From a virus, in IMG/VR virus record IMGVR_UViG_3300033233_000027, positions 13,685 through 77,684 of that record: a stretch of 64,000 nt of DNA. One strand, given 5' to 3'. Shown here piece by piece: positions 17,859-27,069 of this stretch. Within the stretch, counting starts at the first letter, position 1, and every line of letters begins with the position of its first letter. The notes beneath the pieces are model-generated. The model was not told where the DNA came from. It made no database searches and saw nothing but the letters and a program-made list of their open reading frames with translations. A program made the translations under genes and the position numbers.

Positions 17859-18359
17859 ATGAAGATGCAGAGATCAAGAATGCTGTCTCAAGCGGGTAGG
17901 TTTCTTGGATCCATTCCTATTGCCAGCAAACGCATCCTTCCAATCCACTATCGGCTTGGACAATTGGATTACGGAACGGATGAACAGTCCGCTGGTGCTC
18001 AAACTGCTTCTGCGGTCAGGCAACTCCTCAGTGCGCTACCGCAGGGTTCGGCGGCCTGGATTTCGTATACGAATCAATTAGACAACTGCCTGTCGATGCT
18101 AAACTCAAACACACTGACTGGGGTGGTCGCTGGAGGTACGTGCCTTTACTCGCTATATCAGAGCGTACGTGACTACCTTGACAGGAAGAACGAAGAAGAA
18201 GCTGCCGCACAGAGAGCTAAAGATGCAGAACGTATTGCCGCAGAAGCAAAAGCTAAAGCAGACGCCGCAGCCGCAGCAGCTCGGGCGAGTGCCAGTAGCG
18301 ACTGGCCTTGGATCTTGGCTGGAGGAGCTGTGGTTGCCGCAGTAGTTGCCTTTACGTAA
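17859..18359 (+). CDS. tail-anchored putative virion protein
   Basis: AAGGAGG RBS; leader ...HYRLGQ; C-terminal WPWILAGGAVVAAVVAF. Confidence 0.7.
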   Translation: MKMQRSRMLSQAGRFLGSIPIASKRILPIHYRLGQLDYGTDEQSAGAQTASAVRQLLSALPQGSAAWISYTNQLDNCLSMLNSNTLTGVVAGGTCLYSLYQSVRDYLDRKNEEEAAAQRAKDAERIAAEAKAKADAAAAAARASASSDWPWILAGGAVVAAVVAFT

Positions 18360-18404
18360 CTTTCAGGTGGAATATTATTCCACCATTTCTTACTGGAGGA
18401 TGCC

Positions 18405-18545
18405 ATGGCGAAGGTTGTAGCGACTGGTTCGAAGCTGGGGAAGTTTGTCAAGGCTGGTCACAAGTGCGCCAAAGGCTGGAAGAAGAAAGTCGTACGCGTC
18501 AAGGGACATGGCAAGCGTACGATGTGCGTACGCAGGAAGAAGTAG
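18405..18545 (+). CDS. 46-aa very basic protein (not in ORF track)
   Basis: MAKVVATGSKLGKFVKAGHKCAKGWKKKVVRVKGHGKRTMCVRRKK; GGAGG RBS; flanked by hairpins at 18366-18384 and ~18563-18595. Confidence 0.7.
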   Translation: MAKVVATGSKLGKFVKAGHKCAKGWKKKVVRVKGHGKRTMCVRRKK

Positions 18546-18604
18546 AGTAAGGAACAGAGGGGGAACGGGGCGTATCCATGCGCCCCGCCCCGTTCTAATT
18601 TCAT

Positions 18605-20362
18605 ATGCCTTACCAGACTCCCTATTCACAGCCACCGCCTCAGCAGCCTGGATCTGTTGGGGTTCCGCTTCCTGGGCTAGTTCCGATTGGAACACTAGCA
18701 AATGTCCCTACCTATTTTGTCGGAGTCTCTAAGGCGATGGCCAATGTGGACGCGCTTGTGGCAACACCAGATGGGCAATACAGACGCCCTATTGCTGGAG
18801 AACTTGCTGCGGCAGTCTTCTTATCTAAACCAGGCCAGTCGATGGAGCCAGATGGGTCTGATCTGATTCCCCAGGCCGTTGCGGCAGTTGCTGGAATGAA
18901 GCCTCCAGCAACTGCTGAATCTGCCTCTTGGGCACCTCCATCCTCTCCTAGTTGGTCGTGCGGCTCAGCTTTGTATCCGATCATAGGAGCAGGAGCATCG
19001 TTCTCTGTAGCGGATGGAACTCCAGCGACATGCCCAGATGGATCCGTTGCGGATCGATGTGTGGTTGCTTTCATATCAGGGGATGGTCTTGAGGTATTTC
19101 CTAAGGGCTTTTCTTTCACGCTCATGGCCCCGGTGCAGTGGAATATACAGCAATTCGACTTCATGGCCGCCCAATCCGTTGCCGTACTGTTCCCATCCAA
19201 TGTCAGTCAGATCGTAAAAGATGTGCTCTCTACCCGAGGTATGAAGGAGGCGTTCAGAACGAGAGCCCCATCTCCGCTTGGAACAACACCGCCATTTGCT
19301 CAATCAATCTACGCAATATCAGTTCCTCCAACTCCAGCATTCCACCGCGGGGACAACATAGATGAGATCCCTGTATTGGATATGGAGGAGGTAGAATCGA
19401 GATGGAATCAACTTCACTCAGTTCTGGATGAAGTTCCGTGGTTCAAGATCGGTTCCTACGACTTGATTTTCGACTGTTCAGGGAATGTGCCTATCGGGAC
19501 GCTCCGTGATGGGCGGAAGGTCGTATGGGATGAGCCGAGACTCTACGCTCCAAGCCTGAGCGATTACTTCCCGAAGTCAAAGGCAGAAATACACGCTTCG
19601 CTCGCTACGGCGATCGGTGCTTCCCTTGAAAGCATCTTCGGGTGCGTAGCTTCTAGCCTGAAAGTGAAAGCGGAGCGTGCGGAAAAACAGGGGAAAATGA
19701 TCGGTACGATTGAAGTAATCGTCGGTGGTACACTAATGATCTTCGGGGCGATCCCACCAAACTTCACCATGCTCGGGCATGGGGCTGGTCTAGTATTTCC
19801 TCAATACGCAAACTGGATTGGGATCGTCTCAAAAGCAATGGATACTGCCATCGGATTCGCTTTAGCTGGATTGGGAACAGCTGTCACGTCACTGGTCGAG
19901 CAGGTGAATTCTGGAATGGTGAAGGATCTGATGGGTCAATTGTCTAAATTGATAGACTCCGGTGTTGGAGATAGCGCAAAGAAACTAATGGAAGCGGCGC
20001 TAAGCATCCAATCCATTGAGGGAATTTCTGCTCCGTTTCTTTTGTGGACCATCATGGCCCCAAAGCTCGGTCCTGTCCTTGCCATGGGTTCTTCCCTGCT
20101 CGGCATAGACGTGGATCTGAAGAAGGACGTGATCGATCCGCTCATTGCCAAGGCAGAGGCAAGCGGGATGAGCGTTCCAGACTATCTCAGATCGATGGCG
20201 GCTGAGAACGCAGCTGGTGCGGAGCGGGCCAAGCAAGTTGCCAAGGGTGAAGCCTCTCTGGAAGAATCGGATCTTGGAACTGGGGAAGGACTCGGAACAT
20301 TCGGAACCGCAGCTCTTGTCGGTGGAGGATTGGCTGCGGTCTATTTCTCTGGATTGCTGTGA
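18605..20362 (+). CDS. large tail-anchored membrane protein (candidate spike/entry protein)
   Basis: 585 aa, Cys-containing beta region, internal hydrophobic helices, C-terminal TM. Confidence 0.65.
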   Translation: MPYQTPYSQPPPQQPGSVGVPLPGLVPIGTLANVPTYFVGVSKAMANVDALVATPDGQYRRPIAGELAAAVFLSKPGQSMEPDGSDLIPQAVAAVAGMKPPATAESASWAPPSSPSWSCGSALYPIIGAGASFSVADGTPATCPDGSVADRCVVAFISGDGLEVFPKGFSFTLMAPVQWNIQQFDFMAAQSVAVLFPSNVSQIVKDVLSTRGMKEAFRTRAPSPLGTTPPFAQSIYAISVPPTPAFHRGDNIDEIPVLDMEEVESRWNQLHSVLDEVPWFKIGSYDLIFDCSGNVPIGTLRDGRKVVWDEPRLYAPSLSDYFPKSKAEIHASLATAIGASLESIFGCVASSLKVKAERAEKQGKMIGTIEVIVGGTLMIFGAIPPNFTMLGHGAGLVFPQYANWIGIVSKAMDTAIGFALAGLGTAVTSLVEQVNSGMVKDLMGQLSKLIDSGVGDSAKKLMEAALSIQSIEGISAPFLLWTIMAPKLGPVLAMGSSLLGIDVDLKKDVIDPLIAKAEASGMSVPDYLRSMAAENAAGAERAKQVAKGEASLEESDLGTGEGLGTFGTAALVGGGLAAVYFSGLL

Positions 20363-20375
20363 ACGGAACTTCCAT

Positions 20376-20933
20376 ATGAAACTCGGGGCTGCGGTCGATC
20401 CATCCTTCATTGCTGGACTGGACGATCTAGCTGACGCCGCTCTCTATGAGGGTGCGCAGGCCTCAATGGTGTACGCAAAGCAAGTGGAGGCTTATCTCTC
20501 CAATCAATCTTCTACGGTAGCTGTCCCAGGAGTAACGCCGCCACTCTATTACCTAGAGGCTCGGCCTCATCTGAACGAAGTTCGGATGATCCTGGTGGAA
20601 TGGATGTCACGTTTAGCGGAAACGGCGAAGTCCTACGGATCGCAACGTCGTGCTTTCGAGGCCATCACCCTGGCTTCGTCGCTACCTAGCATTCCGCAGC
20701 CAAAAGATACCATCGGACAACTAGCGTCCGTCATCACTCCTGAGCATGCGGCGATCAGTGCCCAGTTAGTCGCATCAGAGACAGGGGCGCTCCGTGATGC
20801 GGTGGCGGGGCTTCAGGCGCGACTCGCATCTGCACAAGGAGCTATTGCAGCTCCGATTGAAGAACCGATTAGCACGGCGACAATTGGCCTGGCCGCAGGA
20901 CTTGTCGCCATAGTCCTTTGGGCGATATCATAA
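20376..20933 (+). CDS. tail-anchored putative virion protein
   Basis: Start MKLGAAV; C-terminal TM. Confidence 0.6.
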   Translation: MKLGAAVDPSFIAGLDDLADAALYEGAQASMVYAKQVEAYLSNQSSTVAVPGVTPPLYYLEARPHLNEVRMILVEWMSRLAETAKSYGSQRRAFEAITLASSLPSIPQPKDTIGQLASVITPEHAAISAQLVASETGALRDAVAGLQARLASAQGAIAAPIEEPISTATIGLAAGLVAIVLWAIS

Positions 20934-20947
20934 GCGAGGAGGAAAAT

Positions 20948-21319
20948 ATGGCAGCAGGAGCCAGTTCGATTTCATGGGGAAAGAAGATACCACTTGGGGC
21001 GGCAAACCAGAAGAAGGCTGGAGAGCCTTTACGGGTCGTCCCGCCCGCGCCTAGTGTTGCACTGATCCCTATGGTTTCACTTGGAACAACAACGCATCCG
21101 CTGACTCTTGGCAAAGCGGAGACTCCGATTCAGGCAGCGCAGATATCGGCTCCTCCCGTTGAGATGGGGGCGGCTCACGGGGAAGCTGTTGTCCTAGAAT
21201 CTGTCTGGACTGTGTCCATCGTTGCTGTTGATCCAAGCGGCAAAAAGTACGTTGCTGAATTCGATGCAGTCTTTCCAGAGGGCTCCTGCTTGACTGCATT
21301 GACTACCAAGAAACAGTAG
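20948..21319 (+). CDS. putative virion protein with repeated LG/MG motifs
   Basis: GAGGAGG RBS; IPLGA, SLGT, TLGK, EMGA. Confidence 0.6.
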   Translation: MAAGASSISWGKKIPLGAANQKKAGEPLRVVPPAPSVALIPMVSLGTTTHPLTLGKAETPIQAAQISAPPVEMGAAHGEAVVLESVWTVSIVAVDPSGKKYVAEFDAVFPEGSCLTALTTKKQ

Positions 21320-21330
21320 AGATTACCGAC

Positions 21331-21633
21331 GTGAATGCGATACTTGGAGCTGATGCCGTGATAGGATTCGCCCAATCCTGGCCTGGATGGGCTGAAAAGG
21401 CCGGCATCTACTCCTTGGCGCATGAGTTGCAATCGGAAATCGATAGGGGCGCGTGGGGGAGGGATGGAGAAAGATCGGCGCGGATAGGGAGGATCCTCGG
21501 GCTCGCAGAAGCGAGGCTTGAGGCGGCAGTTGCGAAAGAAAGTTCGGCTGGTACAGAGCCCTCAATGGAGGGCATGGCAACCATGATGTCAATGCTCAGC
21601 AGCGCAGTCTGGATCTGCGTTCTCGTGCTCTGA
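21331..21633 (+). CDS. tail-anchored protein
   Basis: MNAILGA...; C-terminal hydrophobic helix. Confidence 0.55.
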   Translation: MNAILGADAVIGFAQSWPGWAEKAGIYSLAHELQSEIDRGAWGRDGERSARIGRILGLAEARLEAAVAKESSAGTEPSMEGMATMMSMLSSAVWICVLVL

Positions 21634-21653
21634 TTCGTCTCTGGGGAGGATAC

Positions 21654-21758
21654 ATGAGTAATATGCCTGACGGAGGGATCCCGCTCAAAGAGGGAGCCAC
21701 GCTCGGCTCCTGTTCTACGAAGCGCAAAGATGGGATGAAAGTCTCATCGATGGGCTGA
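21654..21758 (+). CDS. 34-aa peptide (not in ORF track)
   Basis: MSNMPDGGIPLKEGATLGSCSTKRKDGMKVSSMG; GGGGAGG RBS; fills the operon gap. Confidence 0.5.
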   Translation: MSNMPDGGIPLKEGATLGSCSTKRKDGMKVSSMG

Positions 21759-21761
21759 GGG

Positions 21762-22475
21762 ATGGCTATGGCAAGTATCCCCTCCGGTGGAGGTGGACTA
21801 AGGCTTGAGTCGTATGCGGCTCCAAAACAGAGCGTCCAGATTCAGCAGAGGTCGATGGCTAAAAACTCTTCTGAGGACTCGTGCCCAGAATGCGGAATCG
21901 GTAATGGTTGCGGGTGCTTGGCCAAGGTAACTATGGGCAAGGCGAAGTGTGACGGAAAATGGGGGGAGGGCGGGGCAGTACCGGAGATCAGTAGAAAAGT
22001 GCCGATTATAGTTCGAGCCAAGCCGATGCCTGGAACCGAACGGAGCGGAATCAACTACCCTCCGATGGGTCAGCCATCGAAGAAAGGTATCGCGCTAGGA
22101 CAGAATGCTTACGGCTTCAGTCATGCGGCCACAACGGAAGAAGTTACATCGCTCCTGCGGTCCCTAGAAAAGGCACTCGCAGATGTGGCCGCTGCGGCTG
22201 ACGGACAGAACGCCCCAGCTTGTGTCCGCGACATCATGGCGGGATCGTATCTGCTGGCTAAGAAGACCGCAGAAAAGATGCGCAACTTCATCATGGCAAA
22301 TGTGCCAAAAGTAGAGTGGCTATTGACTGATGGTGAGGCGGCAGTTGCTGGTGAAGTCCTGAAATGTGCAGCAACCTTGCAGTCATCCAGCACTAAGATG
22401 GAATCGGATGACACTGGGATGGCTGCTGCCATCGCTCTTGGGCTTGGGGCCCTCGTTCTTTTCTTCGTCGTGTGA
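21762..22475 (+). CDS. tail-anchored putative virion protein
   Basis: TMGK, PMGQ, ALGQ motifs; C-terminal TM. Confidence 0.65.
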   Translation: MAMASIPSGGGGLRLESYAAPKQSVQIQQRSMAKNSSEDSCPECGIGNGCGCLAKVTMGKAKCDGKWGEGGAVPEISRKVPIIVRAKPMPGTERSGINYPPMGQPSKKGIALGQNAYGFSHAATTEEVTSLLRSLEKALADVAAAADGQNAPACVRDIMAGSYLLAKKTAEKMRNFIMANVPKVEWLLTDGEAAVAGEVLKCAATLQSSSTKMESDDTGMAAAIALGLGALVLFFVV

Positions 22476-22789
22476 TGGGAGAAAGTTCCATGGGTCAACA
22501 ACTGCGTCTCATGAATAATAGGATACTTGGACAGGAAGCCCTACGGATCGGTCCTATTCAGATCAAGACGCCAAGCCCAGCCATCTCCGAACTTCAGAAA
22601 GCAGCTGTTCAGGAGTCTACGGACAAAGTAGAGATGGTGACTAGGGTAACATCAGCATTGACGAACCATTTTGAGGAATTGTCTGCGTTCTTGCTCGGAA
22701 CGGACACGACCGCTGAGGTGGTGAAACAGGCGACTCAGAGCCTGACCTCTGCCGTTGACAAGAGAGACGCTGTGATCGGATCTGTCTGA
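22472..22789 (+). CDS. hypothetical protein
   Basis: SMGQ...RILGQ leader; coupled to the previous gene. Confidence 0.55.
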   Translation: MMGESSMGQQLRLMNNRILGQEALRIGPIQIKTPSPAISELQKAAVQESTDKVEMVTRVTSALTNHFEELSAFLLGTDTTAEVVKQATQSLTSAVDKRDAVIGSV

Positions 22790-22824
22790 TGAAAAAAAGC
22801 CTACCGCCCTGACAGCTTGGAGCG

Positions 22825-23091
22825 ATGAAACGTCCAACGGGTTCCGTTGGAGTATCCAAGACTTTCAAGGTGTCCAAGAAGATCAGAGGAGCAGAGGTGT
22901 CCGCTCCTGGCTTGGGAAGGGCCCTAGTTGCGGTAGTGAAGGTATCGAAATATAGATATGTGGTGGCGGCTCCGAAGGAGCTCGGAGGAGCGAAGTCCGT
23001 TCCTGCTGACTCTTTCACGGATGCGCTGCACTGGACCGTGTCGCAAATGAACACAAAGGCGAAGAGAGAGGCGAAGGGGAAAAAACGATGA
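22825..23091 (+). CDS. small basic protein
   Basis: K/R-rich, 88 aa. Confidence 0.55.
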   Translation: MKRPTGSVGVSKTFKVSKKIRGAEVSAPGLGRALVAVVKVSKYRYVVAAPKELGGAKSVPADSFTDALHWTVSQMNTKAKREAKGKKR

Positions 23092-23561
23092 ATCAACCAA
23101 TGCCAATCATGCTCCGTCCGTCCGGTATACGACTTCCAGTCATGCTTCCATCTACGGTAAGGTCCTCAGCTAACCCGATTATCAGGTCCGCAGCGCGGCC
23201 ACCAGCTCTGGCTGGTGTCAAGCTCGGACAGGCATGGAAAGAAGCAGGCCTCCTTGACTTTCCTATATTTGCCATTGCCCGAGATGGCGGTGCCACCATG
23301 TTGGGTCTCTTGGTGGCCATGCAGCATCGGGGTATCAATACAGTCATGGGCGTAATCGGCCTTGTGACTGGAGCTCTCGGTGGGATTGGATTGGCGAATG
23401 ACTTGTGGAAAGTAGCATTTGATAAGCCGCTCATCGGAATGGAATCAAAAGATTTTGGAGCCCTCTTCATCACCGCGGGCGTTGTAGGAGCCCTCGGCTA
23501 TCTCATGTTCGGAAACCCAGGATCGACAGCCTCAAGGGCCCTCAAGAAGGTGACTGCGTGA
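23088..23561 (+). CDS. multi-TM putative virion membrane protein
   Basis: Pro/Arg leader ending VKLGQ, three hydrophobic helices. Confidence 0.65.
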   Translation: MNQPMPIMLRPSGIRLPVMLPSTVRSSANPIIRSAARPPALAGVKLGQAWKEAGLLDFPIFAIARDGGATMLGLLVAMQHRGINTVMGVIGLVTGALGGIGLANDLWKVAFDKPLIGMESKDFGALFITAGVVGALGYLMFGNPGSTASRALKKVTA

Positions 23562-24310
23562 TCCAAAGAACCACCCTGCCGATCCGTCTGGCCAGACCGA
23601 AGATGGCGATGCCGGCTTTGCTTGGGTTCGTTCCCCCGAAATCACATCCACAGTTAGGTGCCGGACTCATCTCTGACCTACTTGGGGTGGATGTCCCAAA
23701 AATAGGAGTAGCGGCGATCTTGGCTGCTGGAGGCGTAGGAGCCTTGTTCGCTACTAAGATACTTCCTGAACCATTCAATACAGTAGCCGCTATCGGTGGC
23801 GTTGGCTTACTGGGTATTTCAATATACGAGTTGATCGATTCCTTTGGTGGTCCATCGGAAGCATCAAAAATACAAAGCGGTGAGACCGTGGATCTCACCA
23901 CGCATCCGAGGGTAACTCCGCAGGAGGTTCAGGATAAAAAGGTAGACGCTCGCTTCATTGAGCCACTTGAGAATGCGAATGTCTTGAAAAATCCGTTCAG
24001 ATCTGGCGCATACGTACCAACGAAGCTGATCGTAACAAATGATACAGGCAGATTGGTCACGGTTCGCCTTCTGTTCCAGGTAGTTGAGGGTGATGGATCT
24101 GTAAACTCCTATCACGAAGACAGGATGGCCGATCAAGGAACAAACACAAGAACATTTGATGCCCCGATAACTTCATACAGTGCTTTCTCGTGGCCACCCT
24201 GGCAACCAACAAGTGCGTGTGTCCAGGTTCGTGCAACGACGATAGAAAATGGGGTGGAGATTAAATATCCAGGTGGATGGGACGATCAGCGGTGCTTCAA
24301 TGTCATATAG
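23558..24310 (+). CDS. membrane protein with C-terminal beta-sandwich
   Basis: PIRLARP...PQLGA leader, two TM helices, Ig-like C-terminus. Confidence 0.65.
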   Translation: MIQRTTLPIRLARPKMAMPALLGFVPPKSHPQLGAGLISDLLGVDVPKIGVAAILAAGGVGALFATKILPEPFNTVAAIGGVGLLGISIYELIDSFGGPSEASKIQSGETVDLTTHPRVTPQEVQDKKVDARFIEPLENANVLKNPFRSGAYVPTKLIVTNDTGRLVTVRLLFQVVEGDGSVNSYHEDRMADQGTNTRTFDAPITSYSAFSWPPWQPTSACVQVRATTIENGVEIKYPGGWDDQRCFNVI

Positions 24311-24343
24311 ACCTAGAGCAGAGCCAATGTTTAGGGTAAACAG

Positions 24344-24616
24344 GTGAAGTTGAAGTTCGTGGATGTCCCTGAAGGCGGCTGCTTCGCATCAGGCAGCGGA
24401 CGGCCATCAAAGAAGTTGGTCGACGGTCGCTGTGCCTCCATCACCAAGAAGGGGAAGCAGCGCATCGTGCGATGCCCGAAGCAGGAGAGGGACGTGCAGA
24501 CAACGACGTGCCCGCTCTCTCTCCTTGGGGCTGGCCTGTCTGGTCCAAAGCGCGGCCTCGTGGAAATCGGACGCGCATTGCCGCATGAGCCTGAAAAGCG
24601 AAAAGGACGGCGATGA
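24344..24616 (+). CDS. small basic Cys-rich protein
   Basis: 90 aa, four Cys, K/R-rich. Confidence 0.55.
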   Translation: MKLKFVDVPEGGCFASGSGRPSKKLVDGRCASITKKGKQRIVRCPKQERDVQTTTCPLSLLGAGLSGPKRGLVEIGRALPHEPEKRKGRR

Positions 24617-25536
24617 GCGATTTCCTGAGAGATCCAGAAGGCCTGATCGATGCCTTGCGGGACTACTCGCCAGATGGCGTTCATGTCCTATCCCCGCTAG
24701 GTGGAGGAACGATCCGCCATCAGATCTATGGTAGGGAATTGGATATCAGCAAAACGCTTCCTGTCGCTTCGTTCCGAGTGGATCTGGACGATCCAATTCC
24801 GTTTGAAGAACACGCCGCAAAACTGAGGCTCTCTCCAGAAAAGATGACCGAGAAAGAACTACGAAAACTCTGGCGGGGCCATGAGCCTCCATTTCCAAGC
24901 GAAGTTCTGGAGCGCGGACTGAGCATGATGGACATCGAAGAGATGTCTTTCAGGAACATGGAATGTCTGGATGACGAAAGACGGATCGTCTGCTATGTCT
25001 TCGGCTGGAGAGACCTTGTCGTGGATCCTCTATTCCCTGGGGCCATGGTGGAATACGAAGAGGGCCGCAGTGGTGTTGCCTCCAAAGGAATATTGCCTGG
25101 AAGAGTCGCTGGAGGTGACAAGTCAATCGTCTTCCTGGAACTGTTCGAGCCGATGACTGCATCGGAAGCTAACCAACTCAATACCGCGCCATCAGCTATT
25201 CAATCTGGATTCTACAGTAAAAAAACTGTAGCGATCGGCGGAAATACATGGGATGCATGGACGGTTTCAGATCCAGATTCCCTCCCAAAGGGAGATAGAG
25301 TTGAGATCGGTGGAGGAGAATACGAGGTCAGGCTGGACGAGCCTCTTGATCTATCCAAGATTGCTGAATTCTGCTCCAAGCACTACCCAGATGAGCCTGC
25401 CTGTGTCTGGCAGTCGCTCCTCTTCTTCGTACTTCCGCTCAACGCCAACAAAGGGGGAAGATTCCATCCGCTTCGTGCTGGTCAGGAAGGTACGTACATG
25501 GATGCGCTGGAATGGGAGATCGGGCACGGATTATGA
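24613..25536 (+). CDS. hypothetical acidic protein
   Basis: 307-aa ORF, ATGA-coupled. Confidence 0.65.
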   Translation: MSDFLRDPEGLIDALRDYSPDGVHVLSPLGGGTIRHQIYGRELDISKTLPVASFRVDLDDPIPFEEHAAKLRLSPEKMTEKELRKLWRGHEPPFPSEVLERGLSMMDIEEMSFRNMECLDDERRIVCYVFGWRDLVVDPLFPGAMVEYEEGRSGVASKGILPGRVAGGDKSIVFLELFEPMTASEANQLNTAPSAIQSGFYSKKTVAIGGNTWDAWTVSDPDSLPKGDRVEIGGGEYEVRLDEPLDLSKIAEFCSKHYPDEPACVWQSLLFFVLPLNANKGGRFHPLRAGQEGTYMDALEWEIGHGL

Positions 25537-25594
25537 GAGAGGAATTCTTTGAGCGAGCGGGGGTGCGTGGTATCATCCCCGCTGGGAGAGACGC

Positions 25595-25966
25595 ATGAAG
25601 GTATCGGCTAGGCTTGGCACAGGTGGATGCCCCTCTGGGAAGATTCGCAGGAAGGCCTACACGACGCGTAAGGGCGTTCATGTCAAGTCATCATGCGTTC
25701 CTGACAAGGGAACGAAAGGAAAGGGTCCAAAAACTCTTCCAACACCGAGGCCTGGCTCGCTCGAGGGCTGGAAGAAGGATCTCCCATCAACGGAGCGCCA
25801 CGCCATCCTGCACGATATCACCAAGCGCGAAGGGTGCGGCGTAGCCATAAAAAAGCTGACGCTTCTCCAGAACATCACGGCTGATGCGGCAACGAAGCGC
25901 ACAGCCAAGACAGACAAGAAGTGGCTGAGAGGCCAGGGATTCTGCGAGCTTGCGAGGGGAAAATGA
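25595..25966 (+). CDS. small basic protein (possible nucleoid/core protein)
   Basis: ARLGT then CPSGKIRRKAYTTRKG...SCVPDKG...RHAIL...KKL...DKKWLR. Confidence 0.6.
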   Translation: MKVSARLGTGGCPSGKIRRKAYTTRKGVHVKSSCVPDKGTKGKGPKTLPTPRPGSLEGWKKDLPSTERHAILHDITKREGCGVAIKKLTLLQNITADAATKRTAKTDKKWLRGQGFCELARGK

Positions 25967-26220
25967 AAACGAAGCTCGGGGCCATAGAACTGGTGGAACT
26001 CGGTCGCGCCTCAAAGCGCGTCTGCGCTAGGGCAGTCAAGAGCGGTAAGCGGTGGGTCGTGCGCACCTCAGATGCGGGTTCCGGTGCCGGCAGGAACTGG
26101 ATTGAGGCTCCGTGCCTTCGCAGCAAGAAGAAGTCGAAGGCGCGTACGTTCCTGACTCGCTCCATCGCAGAAGCCCATGCGCGAAAGTGCGGAATCATGC
26201 TGTGCCGAAAAGGAAAATGA
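25963..26220 (+). CDS. small basic protein
   Basis: MKTKLGAIELVELGR; ATGA-coupled. Confidence 0.6.
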   Translation: MKTKLGAIELVELGRASKRVCARAVKSGKRWVVRTSDAGSGAGRNWIEAPCLRSKKKSKARTFLTRSIAEAHARKCGIMLCRKGK

Positions 26221-26262
26221 GTCGGTAATATACTTTTGACTAGGACGAAAGGGGGGATAGGA

Positions 26263-27042
26263 ATGCAAGCGAGACCACTGGGGTATTATGGGCGTATCAA
26301 GCCTTCACCAATCAGGATCCCGCAAGGTGCCCGCTCAGCGGCACTTGGAGCTGCGATCATTCTGGATCAGCAACTTGCCGCAAGCGTAATCCAGCGATGG
26401 AATGGGGCGAATCAGGGAAAGAACGAAGCCCTAGCTGTACTCACTAACTTCCCGTACGATACAGCTCCAGTAGGTTCATATTCGCAACTGGATGGGGCCG
26501 TTACCAACTTTGAGACGCTCAACGGATCGGCTGGAATCGTAAGCCTTGTAGGAAAAGCTACCCTAGTTCTTCAAAACAACGCACCCTCCTTCACGTCACA
26601 GGAAGAACTACAGGCTCTTAATGCGCTGGAGAACATGGGGCATCTGCTACAGAAAGCAGCTCAGGCGCTGATGAGTATTCCTCCTCCGACCCCAGCCCAA
26701 CCGCCACAAGGCATTCTCCTGTCGGCCGCAGAGGCTAATGGATACAACGCTGCCGTGCAGTCGCTTCTCGAGGCTATCGGACTGCTTGGAACCCCAGCCA
26801 TCTTGGTGCCGCATAAGGCTGCATTGCAGGCGCTTTCTGGCAACTTGCAGACATCCCCAGTCTATGTGCCACCCAACTTTGCCTCCACAATCCAGGCGGC
26901 TTCTGATGCGGTTACGACTGAGAGGAATAGACAGGCTGCGTTGGCCCAAACAGGACAGACTCCAGTTGCTGGAGATCAGACCGCGCTCTACGTTGGCGGT
27001 GGCGTTGCGCTTACTGCCTTGCTCCTTATTGCGTTTGCCTAA
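26263..27042 (+). CDS. tail-anchored putative virion protein
   Basis: PIRIP...AALGA leader; domain shared with 27070; C-terminal TM. Confidence 0.7.
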   Translation: MQARPLGYYGRIKPSPIRIPQGARSAALGAAIILDQQLAASVIQRWNGANQGKNEALAVLTNFPYDTAPVGSYSQLDGAVTNFETLNGSAGIVSLVGKATLVLQNNAPSFTSQEELQALNALENMGHLLQKAAQALMSIPPPTPAQPPQGILLSAAEANGYNAAVQSLLEAIGLLGTPAILVPHKAALQALSGNLQTSPVYVPPNFASTIQAASDAVTTERNRQAALAQTGQTPVAGDQTALYVGGGVALTALLLIAFA

Positions 27043-27069
27043 ACCTATGATGCGGGCTATGCCCGCAAT

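Noticed and set aside
22331-22340. TGGTGAGGCG complementary to the apex of RNA copy A as a trans target
   Set aside because: A 10-nt match inside a CDS is plausible by chance in 64 kb
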